From: Candidatus Brocadiia bacterium
GTDB lineage: Bacteria > Planctomycetota > Brocadiia > CAIUPP01
Assembly (NCBI GenBank): GCA_050015075.1
Contig: JBEKCB010000008.1
Coordinates: 89,743 to 153,742 of the forward strand
Direction of reading: 5' to 3'
DNA length: 64,000 bases
Within the stretch, counting starts at the first letter, position 1. Each line of letters opens with the position of its first letter. The position numbers and the translations under genes are program-made. Below, piece after piece: positions 11,714 to 21,939 of this stretch. The notes under the pieces were generated by a model. The model did not search any database. It was not told the origin of the DNA and worked only from the letters and a program-made list of their open reading frames with translations.

Positions 11714-12196
11714 TTAAGGCCGACCAAAATCAGTTCCGCCCAATGGCGAAACTGATTGGGCAAGGCTATAGCAAGGACGTTTGCCGAGGCCGATCTCTCG
11801 GAACTCGTATATCATGAAGGAGGGGGTGTTGCGCCAGATTGCCAAGGAGACGGGCGTCAGCCTCTCCTCGCCCAGCCGCACGACCAACCCCCGCAGTTCC
11901 TGAGCGAGGTGGGGTCTGCCGGACTTCTTGGGCGTCCTCCCTCTCTTGACGTCGTTTATCCAGCGGCGGTACGTCGGGAGCGTGACAACTTCCAGCAGAG
12001 GGCCGACCAAATGGCCGAACTCCGAACTCAGCCGAAGCAGCTCGTATCTTTCTTTGGAAGAGGGTACAATGCGGTCTGCCCGGACACGCTTCCGCAGCAT
12101 GGCCACCTGGGCTTTCAGAAAGCGTATCTGAGCGTTGTGTCGAGGAGCGAAAGCCTGGAGGAAGAGGCTGAGAACGGTTCAGAGGGCATTTGTCAT
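11714..12196 (-). pseudogene. Truncated transposase/integrase (N-terminal part only)
   Basis: MTNAL*TVLSLFLQAFAPRHNAQIRFLKAQVAMLRKRV...TYRRWI...KKSGRPHLAQELRGLVVRL; stop at codon 6; no catalytic core; resembles N-termini of integrase-core IS proteins. Confidence 0.6.
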
Positions 12197-12257
12197 GGGT
12201 CTCTGATGCTCCGAGGAAAACTTCGAGTTCATTCAATAACCCGGAAAGGATTGCCCA

Positions 12258-12467
12258 ATGAAAATCAGCGCTCGAAACAAATTCGTCGGCAAGGTCAAGC
12301 ATATCACCCACGGCACGGTCAACTCCGAGGTCATCATCGCCCTGCCCGGTGGCCAGGAATTGGTCTCGGTCATCACCGAGACTTCGGTCCAATATCTCAA
12401 GCTGAAAACCGGCTCCCGCGTCGTCGCTTTCATCAAGGCGTCCAACGTCTTGCTGGCCGTGCCGTGA
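12258..12467 (+). CDS. Molybdate-binding molbindin (TOBE domain, Mop-like)
   Basis: MKISARNKFVGKV...VSVITETSV..LKLKTG..VVAFIKASNV. Confidence 0.9.
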   Translation: MKISARNKFVGKVKHITHGTVNSEVIIALPGGQELVSVITETSVQYLKLKTGSRVVAFIKASNVLLAVP

Positions 12468-12667
12468 GCTCGCAAAGACTGCGATTTCGGAAAAACACTT
12501 GACGCCATTCAGGGCCTGCTGCGCACGCACCGGCAGCACGAAACGACCCGTTCAGGGGATGAAAAAGACGTGCGGATATTTTGAAACCTCTCCGGGAAGA
12601 AGGCAGGCAGACGATAGCCGCAGTCGGGACGCTCTCTAGCCTTTCAGGGGAAGGAAGGAGAGAACGC

Positions 12668-13168
12668 ATGGGCAAAGACTACGAGGTTCGCCAGTCAGAC
12701 GGGCAAAGGCCCGCAGTCGTCTACCATTGCCCGGAATGCGGACACCAGATTGAGTCCCTTCTCAGTGACGCCGGATCAGAGGACAACTGCCCATCGTGCG
12801 GAAAAGCCCTGACCATACCCGGCGAAGCCGAATTGCGGCCACCCAAAGAGATTGCGGCATCACAGCAGGAGCCAAACGACCGTATTGCGGTCGGGCGGAG
12901 CTTTTACGAGGCAGTTGATGCGGCGATTGCCAAGGCGGCATTGGATGAGGCAGGCATCCCGTGTCATGCAGAGTACGTTGAGAGAAGTCCCTATTCTGAC
13001 TTCACGCCTAAATACGGATACGGACGAATTCTCGTGCGAGAACAGGATGCGGAGCGAGCGAACGAGATCATTGACGAGGCCTTGAAAATCCAACCTGCGG
13101 ATGCCGAGGAATTCAGCCCTGAGAGTGAAGATGAGGATGAGCGAGAGGAGAGATCATGCCCACCATGA
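12668..13168 (+). CDS. Hypothetical protein, zinc ribbon plus DUF2007-like domain
   Basis: CPECG...CPSCG; AAIAKAALDEAGIP...ILVREQDAERANEII. Confidence 0.65.
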   Translation: MGKDYEVRQSDGQRPAVVYHCPECGHQIESLLSDAGSEDNCPSCGKALTIPGEAELRPPKEIAASQQEPNDRIAVGRSFYEAVDAAIAKAALDEAGIPCHAEYVERSPYSDFTPKYGYGRILVREQDAERANEIIDEALKIQPADAEEFSPESEDEDEREERSCPP

Positions 13169-14328
13169 CCAGCCGGCAGCGGCTTCTGGCGGCGATCCGG
13201 TTCGAGGGCCCCGACCGCGTGCCGGTTTGTCCGCGCATGTGGCGGTACATGCTCGCGCACGGCGGCTCGCAACAGCTGCCGGCGTACCTGAAGTACGCGG
13301 CCGAGTACGGGGTTGACCTGATGATCGGATGCGCAGCCGGGCCTGTGGTGATGTATCCGGGTCCAGGGAGCGATTGCGCCAGGCTTGGGTCGGGGTTCCG
13401 CGTCGAGGAGAGGGTGGCCGAGGACAGCGAGGGGCGGACGGTCAGCCGCTTCATCCACACCCCTGCCGGCCGGCTCAGCGATCGGACGCGAATCCCCAGG
13501 CCGGGCGGGCAGTTCGGCATCGCTCCCAACAACCATATCGAGGAGTACCTGCTCAAAGGGCCGGATGATCTGCCCGCGCTGCGGACCCTGGTGTCGGCCT
13601 GGACGGCGGCCGAGCCGGGAGGCGACCTTCCCGCTGTCCGCCGCCAGCTCGGCGAGCAAGGGCTCGTGATGGCCAACACGTACTCTGCGATGAGTCATAA
13701 CGCCGGCGACGTCTATTCGCTCGATCTGCTGATGGTGGATTGCCTGGAGCGGCAGGCGTTCGTGGAGGAACTGATGGACGTTTTCCACCGCCCGCTGATG
13801 GAGGCGACTCGCCGGGCGCTGGAGAGCGGGGCGGAGATGGTCTACTGCTCAACGTTCTTCGAGTCCATGAGCGCGGGCTGGTCGCCGCGGATTTACCGGG
13901 AGCTGTTCCTGCCGCGCATTCGGGCGCATGTGGAACTGACGCATCAGTACGGGGCGCTGTATCACCTCTACGATGACGGCAAGGTGGCCGGCACTCTGCC
14001 GATGTGGCGGGAGGTCGGCGTGGACCTCGTCAGCACGCTTTGCCCACCGCCGGCCGGCGACGTGACGCTTGCCGAAGCGAGGCGCCTGGCGGGGGACGAC
14101 GTCTGCCTCAACGGCGGCATTGATACCGTGAACACGGTCTGGCGCGGCACGCCCGCCACGATCGAGGCGGCCATCAGCGCGGCGATTCAGGCTGCCGCCG
14201 GCGCGGAAGGCGGGTACATACTTGGCACGAGCGATTCCATCACCGAAGAAACGCCGCCGGAGAACTTCCGCGCGTTCTTCGAGGCGGGAAACCGTCTTGG
14301 CGCACGCGCGGCCCTTACCCGGAAGTAG
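13156..14328 (+). CDS. Uroporphyrinogen decarboxylase (URO-D/CIMS) family protein
   Basis: MTSRQRLLAAIRFEGPDRVPV, SPRIYRELFLP, LNGGID, GYILGTSDSI...PPENF. Confidence 0.85.
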   Translation: MPTMTSRQRLLAAIRFEGPDRVPVCPRMWRYMLAHGGSQQLPAYLKYAAEYGVDLMIGCAAGPVVMYPGPGSDCARLGSGFRVEERVAEDSEGRTVSRFIHTPAGRLSDRTRIPRPGGQFGIAPNNHIEEYLLKGPDDLPALRTLVSAWTAAEPGGDLPAVRRQLGEQGLVMANTYSAMSHNAGDVYSLDLLMVDCLERQAFVEELMDVFHRPLMEATRRALESGAEMVYCSTFFESMSAGWSPRIYRELFLPRIRAHVELTHQYGALYHLYDDGKVAGTLPMWREVGVDLVSTLCPPPAGDVTLAEARRLAGDDVCLNGGIDTVNTVWRGTPATIEAAISAAIQAAAGAEGGYILGTSDSITEETPPENFRAFFEAGNRLGARAALTRK

Positions 14329-14415
14329 CGTTCAGGCCGATCCCGTTGTGACCGCGACGGGCCGCAGTCGGATGCTCAAGGCGCTCCGTGGTTCCGCCAG
14401 CCTTATTCGCGTCCA

Positions 14416-14660
14416 TTACAGGCCAAAGCGCTCAGTGCAGAGCCTGCGAATGAGCGGGGTCAGCGATTCCGGGCCGTTCGGACCGATGACGAAGCCCTCT
14501 TCGATGCGGTTCGAGCCGGCCGGATGCCCGAACAGGCTGATATCGGAGTTGACGCACATACCCGACTGGAACCGATAGTCGGCGCGCTCGTCCGGGTACG
14601 GCGACTCCGCATCCGCGAATCCGATCCCGTGCATGGGCGGATACCACTGTAAGTACAGAG
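14416..14660 (-). pseudogene. C-terminal fragment of M24 (Xaa-Pro) peptidase
   Basis: HGIGFADAESP...GMCVNSDISLF...NRIEEGFVIGPNGPESLT; upstream part missing. Confidence 0.65.
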
Positions 14661-14674
14661 ATGAGCGCCTGATC

Positions 14675-14880
14675 GGGCAGTTGCGTCGCCGAGGTGGTGG
14701 AGCGATGCCCCGGGGCGCGTTGGACGAGGCGCACGTTGGCGGTCTGCGCCGGCAGGCCCAAGGCGAGAGCACGCCGGAAGGAATGGCGCGTGAACGGCTG
14801 CTTCACCAAGAAGTCGGAGGTCGCCTGCGCCGCCATCGGCAAACACCTCATGCACGCACACTGTGGCTGAACGGAGCGGG
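14675..14880 (-). pseudogene. Degenerate tyrosine recombinase C-terminal remnant
   Basis: FTRHSFRRALALGL...ANVRLVQRAPGHRSTTSATQ resembles the H-x-x-R...VQ..LGH.S..TT box. Confidence 0.55.
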
Positions 14881-15391
14881 CATCGCCGCCAAAGGACACC
14901 TGCTCACCACTGTCGCCTGAGTCTGCTCCTTTTCGCTTCAGTTTCAGCCCAGCTCATTCAATCGTTCGCTCGTTCCTCCCATTGGACCAAGGTCCAATTT
15001 ACACCCCGGCCCGCGTCGTGCCATCATGGCTCCTGTGCTCAGCGCATTCGAATGGGCGATGGAGAAGCACGTGCAGCATAGGGTGGAAAGGGTGTTCCTT
15101 GCAGAGCGCCCCGGCAAGCTTCGGGTCGAGAGCGTCGGAGATGGGATCCGCCGCACCCTGTGGTATTCGAATTAACAGATCGCGGTCGCCGGCTTCCAGA
15201 AGCACGTCTGCGCCACAACGGATGCACCTGCATCCATTGACGCGGCGATTGATTTCGCCAACGATAGCGGGATAACCAACCAACATTTCCGCGGGAGAGG
15301 CGCAATGGGCCTGCTCGGTCCACGCGGATCGGAGACTTGGTGCGAGGGCGCAGTTGACGTTCCTTCTTCCCCGAGTGATAGGAGACCGGAC

Positions 15392-16126
15392 ATGAAGACG
15401 CACATGGGCCGTTGCGTTGTGGTCGTTCTCGCTCTCGCCGTATTGGTCACCGCAGTTGTTCCTCTGACAGGCTGTTCGACGACATTCCAGGCTCGAAGCG
15501 TGAAACCATCCGGCTTCCTGGGTGACCCCAGTGACTACGCGCAGTTGCGCAAGGGAACCGGCGACGAAGCGCTCATGGTCTATTTCAAGCCGGACGTGGA
15601 CTGGAAGGCGTACAACGCCATCCTCATGGATCCGGTCAGAGTGTATTATTCCGTTGAAACGGGCTGGTGGACCAGCGCTTCGCAGGAGACCGTGCAGGCC
15701 CTCGTCAACTATCTTGACGCCACAGTTCGGAAACAGTTGGGCGACAGCTACAAGTTTGTTGACCAGCCTGGTCCGGGTGTATTGCATCTGCGCGTGGCCA
15801 TCACTGACACGCAAGGCTCCAACCGAGTGCTCGATACCGCCTCCAGCGTGATCCCAATCGGCGTCGCAGCCAACCTGCTGAAACGGGCCGTATTCGGCGA
15901 GAACGCGAGTGTGGGCGAAGCCGGGATCGAGGGAGAAATACTCGACAGCCAATCGGGCGAACGGCTTGCCGCCGCCGTGGATAAGCGCGTCGGTCGGAAA
16001 TACACCTTCAAGTTCAACAAGTTCAATGCATGGCGGGTGGCCGAGGATTCTTACGATGTGTGGGCGTTGCGCCTGCGGAACCGCCTCGCGGAACTGCGCG
16101 AGAGCGCCCCGGCTACCGACCGGTAG
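15392..16126 (+). CDS. DUF3313-like lipoprotein
   Basis: Lipobox LTGC; SGFLGD..YAQL, PGPGVLHLRVAIT, EGEILDSQSGERLAAAVD. Confidence 0.8.
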   Translation: MKTHMGRCVVVVLALAVLVTAVVPLTGCSTTFQARSVKPSGFLGDPSDYAQLRKGTGDEALMVYFKPDVDWKAYNAILMDPVRVYYSVETGWWTSASQETVQALVNYLDATVRKQLGDSYKFVDQPGPGVLHLRVAITDTQGSNRVLDTASSVIPIGVAANLLKRAVFGENASVGEAGIEGEILDSQSGERLAAAVDKRVGRKYTFKFNKFNAWRVAEDSYDVWALRLRNRLAELRESAPATDR

Positions 16127-16273
16127 ATGAGAAACCGGTCCAGCGCGTCATAAGATCACCCCATGCGCGTCTATTGGGGTTGGACGCGCAGAAGAATGGA
16201 CTGAGCTTGACTAAAAAGGCGTAAAAGCTCGTAACGGCAGCGACCGTCGCCGACGGCTCTCTCGCCATCGGCA

Positions 16274-16289
16274 TGGCACTCAACTCGCA
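16274..16289 (+). promoter_or_regulatory. Possible sigma54 -24/-12 promoter upstream of ppk2
   Basis: TGGCAC-tcaac-TCGCA (GG-N10-GC). Confidence 0.3.
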
Positions 16290-16360
16290 GGCCCTTGCAG
16301 CGAAGGATAGTTCTGATGGGCAAGACAGACAAGAGCACGAAACGAGAAATTGAGGCCATT

Positions 16361-17173
16361 ATGGCGAAAAAGTCCGAAAAGCTCGAAGGCCTGCCGAAGA
16401 AACTCAAAACAAAGGTCTATAACCGGGAGCTGGCGCGGCTGCAAACCGAGATGGTCAAATTGCAGGAATGGATCAAGCTCAAAGGCCTCAAGGTGGTGGT
16501 GATTTTTGAGGGGCGTGATGCAGCCGGTAAAGGAGGCGTGATCAAGCGAGTGACGGCGCTGACGAACCCGCGCATTGTCCGAATTGCGGCCCTGGGGACT
16601 CCCACGGAGCGGGAAAAAACGCAATGGTATTTCCAGCGTTATGTCGCGCATCTGCCAGCAGCCGGCGAAATGGTGCTCTTTGACCGCAGTTGGTACAACC
16701 GCGCCGGCGTTGAGCGCGTGATGGGTTTTTGTACGGACAAGGAATACGAGGAGTTCCTGCACATCTGTCCCGGATTTGAGAAAGCACTGATACAATCCGG
16801 GATTGTTCTCGTCAAGTACTGGTTCTCGGTGAGTGACGAGGTTCAGGAAGCCCGTTTCCAGAAGAGGCTCAAAGATCCGGCCCGGCGTTGGAAACTCAGT
16901 CCCATGGATCTTCAGGCTCGCGCGCACTGGGTGGATTATTCCAAGGCCAAGGATGTGATGTTTGAACACACAAACACCACACACTCTCCCTGGCATGTGG
17001 TGGATGCGAACGACAAGAAGCGCGCACGGTTGAATTGCATGACGCATTTATTGGGCCGCATTCCCTACAAGGATGTGACTGGAAAAACTCTAGCAATCCC
17101 TAAACGGCAGAAGGACAAAGGGTATAAACGGCCATCTTTGAGCAAGCAGACCTTTGTCCCGACGATTTACTGA
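16361..17173 (+). CDS. ppk2: Polyphosphate kinase 2
   Basis: FEGRDAAGKGG, WYFQRY, FDRSWYNRAGVERVMGFC, WKLSPMD; start could be 16316. Confidence 0.95.
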   Translation: MAKKSEKLEGLPKKLKTKVYNRELARLQTEMVKLQEWIKLKGLKVVVIFEGRDAAGKGGVIKRVTALTNPRIVRIAALGTPTEREKTQWYFQRYVAHLPAAGEMVLFDRSWYNRAGVERVMGFCTDKEYEEFLHICPGFEKALIQSGIVLVKYWFSVSDEVQEARFQKRLKDPARRWKLSPMDLQARAHWVDYSKAKDVMFEHTNTTHSPWHVVDANDKKRARLNCMTHLLGRIPYKDVTGKTLAIPKRQKDKGYKRPSLSKQTFVPTIY

Positions 17174-17199
17174 AGAAAGGGCTGATATCCCTTTCTTCA
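17171..17199 (+). terminator. Hairpin/terminator after ppk2
   Basis: tgaagaaaggg-ctgatat-ccctttcttca, perfect 11-bp inverted repeat. Confidence 0.65.
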
Positions 17200-17485
17200 A
17201 CCATTGCGGAGTGGAGCCAGCAGGGACTGATTAAGGTCAGTCAGCAAACTATGGTTGAACTCCAGGACAAACTGAATGCTCCGTGAGACGGCAGGAACTA
17301 AGTAGGAAGGATGCGCTGGAATCGGGCTCAGGCGCCGGGGTGAAATAAGCCCGGAGCGGCTGCGATTACGCAAGTTCAAGAATGAAGGGCCTCCGGCGGA
17401 CGACGAGTCCGCCGGGGGATATCCGCTGTACAAACCGAACGGGCGCAACTACATAAACAATTGCGCGCAAAGAACCGGCACTAGC

Positions 17486-17624
17486 AAGGCGAACATCCGC
17501 AACGTGGGCCCGCGCGCTTCGCATCTCCGAGCCGATCCTGCGGCATATGGCGGAAGCGGGCGAGGTCAAGATCGTGGGCGCCTGCTGCGTCCTCGACACG
17601 GGGCGCGTAGAGTGGCTCCAGTAG
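17486..17624 (+). pseudogene. Beta-carbonic anhydrase C-terminal remnant (frameshifted)
   Basis: With one extra G removed reads KANIRNVARALRISEPILRHMAEAGEVKIVGACCVLDTGRVEWLQ*, typical beta-CA tail. Confidence 0.6.
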
Positions 17625-17646
17625 GCCAGATTCTGAGCGAACTTCG

Positions 17647-19401
17647 GTGCAAGGAACAGGTGCAGTGACGCAGTTACCGTTAACTCCAAGGGGCGCATCC
17701 GCTTCACGGTGGTGGCCGCTTGAGTATTCGAGGTCGTTCCTGCGCCTGGATGTCATAGCCGGCCTGACAACGGCTGCCGTGGTCATCCCTCAGGCTCTGG
17801 CCTATGCCGGAATTGCCGGCCTGCCTCCCAGCGTGGGACTGTATACCGCCGTTTTCCCGATGGTGGCGTATGCCCTGTTGGGCACCTCGCGTCCGCTCAG
17901 CGTCAGCACCACCTCGACCGTTGCCATTATGTGCGCCGGACTGCTCGCCGCGACCGTTCCCGCCGGCGACCCTGCCGGCCTGATTGCAGCGTCATCCACG
18001 TTGGCATGCCTGGTGGGCGCCTTCCTCCTGCTGTCCGGCATCCTGCGCATGGGATTCATCGCCAACTTCCTCTCTATTCCCGTGCTCGCGGGATTCAAGG
18101 CGGGCATTGGCTTGGTCATTCTGCTGAATCAGATTCCCAAACTCCTGGGCATACACGTTGAGAAGGGCAACTTCCTGGCCAGTCTGCTCTCTCTCGCCCG
18201 GCATCTGCCCGAGGCCGGCGCAGCGACGGTGATTCTCGGAATCGGCGCCGTGACCCTCGTGTTGGCCCTGCAAAAATACGCTCGCCGGGTGCCGGCGCCG
18301 CTGGTAGTTGCGATTCTTGGTATTGCCGCAGCCGCGATATTTGACTTGCGCGGACAGGGCGTTGAATTGACTGGCACCGTCCAAGGCGGTATGCCTTCGC
18401 CGGCCTGGCCGAACCTATCCCTCGCGACACAGTTGTGGCCCGGAGCTTTGGCCATCGCGCTGATGGTTTTCACGGAGTCCATCGCCGCGGCCAAGACCTT
18501 TGCGCGGCACGGCGACCCGCGTCCGAACGCCGACCGGGAGTTGCTCGCGCTCGGAGGCGCCAACCTGATCGGCTGCCTCTTTGGCATCATGCCCGCAAGC
18601 GGGGGCACCTCGCAGACCGCCGTGAACCTGAGGTCCGGCGCCCGCACCCAGGCCGCCGAGATCGTCACCGCATTGCTCGGGCTTGCCGCGTTGCTGTTTC
18701 TGGGGCCGGTCATCGGCCTGTTGCCGAAGACTGTGCTCGCGGCGGTCGTCATCGCCGCCATCCTCCCGTTGCTCAACCCGGTGGGTTTCCGGGCCATTCT
18801 GCGCGTCCGCGCCGAGGAGTTCGTGTGGGCGCTGGCCGCCCTGGCGGGCGTCGTGGTCTTTGGCATGCTCTGGGGCATCCTGTTGGCGGTGGCGATCTCG
18901 ATGCTCACGCTGTTCTACCTGGCCAACCATCCTCCCGTCTACGTGCTGGCGTATAACCGTTCGGAGGACGTGTTCCGCCCGTTGGGTGAGAGCCCGGACG
19001 ACGTGACCTTGCCGGGCGTGCTCATCCTCCGCACGGAAGGACGCATGCACTTCGCCAGCGCCCCCCGGCCGGCCGAAAAGATGCGCGCCCTGGTGGACGA
19101 ATGGCATCCCCGCGTGCTTGTCCTGGACTGCCGCGCCATCCCGGATTTTGAGTATACGGCCCTGACCATGATGTTGGAGGCGGAGCAAACGCTGCGCGAG
19201 CGCGGAATCACGCTGCGTCTGGCGGGGCTGAATCCCGGCGCGCGAAAGGTGATTGAGCGTTCGCCGCTGGGTGCGGCGCTTGGCCCGGACCGGATATTTG
19301 GCACTGTGCGCGAAGCCGTGAGCGACACCTTGTGCGCGAAACTTGCTGCGCGTGGTATCAGCGGATTCCCCAACGCGAAGGTTACGATAGCGGAGGAATA
19401 A
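17647..19401 (+). CDS. SulP family anion permease with STAS domain
   Basis: DVIAGLTTAAVVIPQALAYAGIAGLPPSVGLY, GFKAGIG, SGARTQ; C-terminal STAS-like domain. Confidence 0.93.
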   Translation: MQGTGAVTQLPLTPRGASASRWWPLEYSRSFLRLDVIAGLTTAAVVIPQALAYAGIAGLPPSVGLYTAVFPMVAYALLGTSRPLSVSTTSTVAIMCAGLLAATVPAGDPAGLIAASSTLACLVGAFLLLSGILRMGFIANFLSIPVLAGFKAGIGLVILLNQIPKLLGIHVEKGNFLASLLSLARHLPEAGAATVILGIGAVTLVLALQKYARRVPAPLVVAILGIAAAAIFDLRGQGVELTGTVQGGMPSPAWPNLSLATQLWPGALAIALMVFTESIAAAKTFARHGDPRPNADRELLALGGANLIGCLFGIMPASGGTSQTAVNLRSGARTQAAEIVTALLGLAALLFLGPVIGLLPKTVLAAVVIAAILPLLNPVGFRAILRVRAEEFVWALAALAGVVVFGMLWGILLAVAISMLTLFYLANHPPVYVLAYNRSEDVFRPLGESPDDVTLPGVLILRTEGRMHFASAPRPAEKMRALVDEWHPRVLVLDCRAIPDFEYTALTMMLEAEQTLRERGITLRLAGLNPGARKVIERSPLGAALGPDRIFGTVREAVSDTLCAKLAARGISGFPNAKVTIAEE

Positions 19402-19490
19402 GGCGATGGAAGGCCAGTAGACCGCGCGGCCACAGAAGCGGACTGATTTGTGTCGGCTTCCAGACGACGCCGTGGAGGCTGGAGCACGGA

Positions 19491-20117
19491 TCAGGGTGCT
19501 TTGCCATGCTCTCCACCGATCGGCTTCAGCGAGTCAGCAATCTGCTTGCTCAATGAGTAGACCGCGCGATTAAGGGCGGCGACGATCTGATCCGGCTCGG
19601 CGCCCGTGACTGCTTCCGCAATCGCAACCCGCGACGCGAAGACTGTCTCTTGTTTCGTCCGGTCACGCACGGACCATTCCGCCGCGACATTGACGGCTTT
19701 GGCGTCCGCATCGAGGCGAGTCACTCGTACGCTCACCATGAAGTCGCCTGGGCGATGATTGGCCGTCGGCTCAGTCTCCACGCGCCATACGGGCAGCAGC
19801 GCTGACAGATTCTCCGCCAATACGCGGGTGAGGCCCGCCTCCAGCGGTTCCGCCCACCGGCGGAACTCCAGAGGCTTGACTTCCTCACTGCTGAGGCGGG
19901 TGACGATTTCAGGGCGGACCAGATAAGCGGGCAGGACGACGGAATCCACGAAAAGCCTTGGCCCCGCCTGCTCGACGCGGGCGGCCTGGTTGGCGCCTTC
20001 GGCGAGCGGACTCAGCACATAATAGCGTGTCTGCTGGCTCCGGGCGCACGCGCCGGTCATCAGTAGTGTGGCGGCGAGACCCGCCGCCAGCCAAAGGTTT
20101 TGCGCGCGGCGTGACAT
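19491..20117 (-). CDS. PqiC-like ABC transport auxiliary lipoprotein
   Basis: Signal plus Cys, TRYYVL, LPAYLVRPEIV, RWAEPLEAGLTRVLAENL. Confidence 0.85.
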   Translation of the reverse strand: MSRRAQNLWLAAGLAATLLMTGACARSQQTRYYVLSPLAEGANQAARVEQAGPRLFVDSVVLPAYLVRPEIVTRLSSEEVKPLEFRRWAEPLEAGLTRVLAENLSALLPVWRVETEPTANHRPGDFMVSVRVTRLDADAKAVNVAAEWSVRDRTKQETVFASRVAIAEAVTGAEPDQIVAALNRAVYSLSKQIADSLKPIGGEHGKAP

Positions 20118-20118
20118 G

Positions 20119-21099
20119 TCACTCACCTCCCTTTCCGCGTAAGAGGGACTCCGGTTGCCGGTCAATAAGGTTCGCCAGCGTTCCCATCGCATCGGCGGCC
20201 TTCGAAATGTCCTTCAGCGCCTTCGTCAAGGCTTGCCGGGTATCGGAATCGTAAGCGACCGCGCCTTGGACTGTCTTCAAAGTGTCTTCGGCCTGGTCGA
20301 GGGCCTGGCGGACATTCCGCGCGGTCTCGGTGAACTCTTCGGTCAGCGGCTTGACCTGGGTGTCCACATGGCCGGTCAGATTTCGAACATCTGCCACCGC
20401 ACCTTCAATGGCTGTGCGAGTTGTGTCCAGATTCTTCAAGAGTGTCCCCGCTTGTTGGATGCTTTCGTTGGCGGACTTGATGGCGCCGGTGATCTCCGGG
20501 TCGCTGACGACTTTCTGGATGTCTTTGACCGTCGCCAGGATGGACTTCATGAGTTCCTCGATCGGCAGGTTATCGAGGGTCTTGGTGAGTTCCTCCATGC
20601 TGGATGGAATCGTGGGAATCTCCAGTTCCGCATGGAACGGGTCCAGGAATTGAGCGGGGGCCTCGGGATGAAACGCGAGGGACACCTCCAGTTGGCCAGT
20701 CACCATGCTCCGGACGCGAAGCTGCCCGCGGAGTCCTTTTTCAATCAAGTTGAGTAAGAGAGCCTTCGGGTCAGATGTAAGCATTCCCTTGGCCGCTGTC
20801 TGGTTGCGAATGACCGTCATTCCGCCGCGTTCAATCTCGACCGTGACCGGGACCAGGAACTTCAGACTTTCGGGGTCGCCCATGATGTGAATGTCCGTGA
20901 CCGCGCCGACCTTGACCCCCATGAACGTCACCGGCGAGCCGGCCGACAGACCGTTGACAGCCCCTGAGAAATAAAGCACGCACGGTATCGTCTTGCGAAA
21001 GAACTTGCCGCCTCCGAAAAGCAGCAGGCCTCCCATCGCCAGCACCAAAGCACCCACGACAAATCCGCCCACGACGGCGGGATTAGCGCGTTCAGCCAT
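20119..21099 (-). CDS. MCE/MlaD family protein
   Basis: ANPAVVGGFVVGAL, FSGAVNGLSAGSPVTFMGVKVGAV, GLRGQL, PESLLRGK. Confidence 0.9.
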   Translation of the reverse strand: MAERANPAVVGGFVVGALVLAMGGLLLFGGGKFFRKTIPCVLYFSGAVNGLSAGSPVTFMGVKVGAVTDIHIMGDPESLKFLVPVTVEIERGGMTVIRNQTAAKGMLTSDPKALLLNLIEKGLRGQLRVRSMVTGQLEVSLAFHPEAPAQFLDPFHAELEIPTIPSSMEELTKTLDNLPIEELMKSILATVKDIQKVVSDPEITGAIKSANESIQQAGTLLKNLDTTRTAIEGAVADVRNLTGHVDTQVKPLTEEFTETARNVRQALDQAEDTLKTVQGAVAYDSDTRQALTKALKDISKAADAMGTLANLIDRQPESLLRGKGGE

Positions 21100-21129
21100 A
21101 TAAGTCACCTCCGTTCGATCGTCAGCCCG

Positions 21130-21930
21130 CTATGGGGCTGCGCTGGTTATGCCGGCGTTTCCGGCTTCCGCACCGCGGGTCAGAAATGCGCGGACCTCTG
21201 GAACCGTTGAGTGAGCCAGCAATTCCTTTGGATTCCCATGGGCGATCAGGGTCTTCGTCACCGCGTCCAGGAATATCGAGTCGTCGCCGATCGCAAAGAC
21301 GCTCGCCAGTTCATGGGTGACAATCACGACCGTGGCGCCGAGGCTGTCGCGCAACTCCAGGATCAGTTCGTCGAGGCGCCGCGAACTGACCGGGTCGAGG
21401 CCGGCGGAAGGCTCGTCAAAGAAAAGTATCTCCGGGTCAAGCGCCATGGCGCGCGCCAGGCCGGCGCGCTTGCGCATGCCGCCGCTGATTTCCGAGGGGT
21501 AGAACTCCTCGAATCCGGCCAGGCCGACCAAGGCGAGCTTGAACGACACGATTTCCTTGACCTGGCGGGGCCGCAGATCGGTGAATGTTTCGAGCAGCAC
21601 CGAGATGTTTTCCGCCAGCGTCAGCGAACTCCACAGCGCGCCGCTCTGGTACAGCACGCCGCAGCGCCGCATCATGCGTTCGCGTTCCTCGGCACCGGCA
21701 GCCCAGAAGTCAACGCCGCCGTGCAGCACCTGGCCGCGCGCCGGCCGAGTGAGACCGAAGAGCGCGCGCATCACCGTGCTTTTTCCGCAGCCGCTGCCGC
21801 CCATGATGAGAAAGACCTGGCCGCGCTTGACCGAGAACGCCAGATCGTGCTGGATGACGCGATCACCGTAGGCGACCGTCATGTCTTTAACCTCGATGTG
21901 CGCCGGCGTCTCTTTCGTTGGTTCTGCCAT
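21130..21930 (-). CDS. MlaF-like ABC transporter ATP-binding protein
   Basis: GGSGCGKST, ISGGMRKRAGLARAMALDP, FDEPSAGLDP. Confidence 0.92.
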   Translation of the reverse strand: MAEPTKETPAHIEVKDMTVAYGDRVIQHDLAFSVKRGQVFLIMGGSGCGKSTVMRALFGLTRPARGQVLHGGVDFWAAGAEERERMMRRCGVLYQSGALWSSLTLAENISVLLETFTDLRPRQVKEIVSFKLALVGLAGFEEFYPSEISGGMRKRAGLARAMALDPEILFFDEPSAGLDPVSSRRLDELILELRDSLGATVVIVTHELASVFAIGDDSIFLDAVTKTLIAHGNPKELLAHSTVPEVRAFLTRGAEAGNAGITSAAP

Positions 21931-21939
21931 TGATAAGGC

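Noticed and set aside
14944-15300. Small ORFs upstream of the DUF3313-like gene
   Set aside because: No motif, RBS or codon support in any frame
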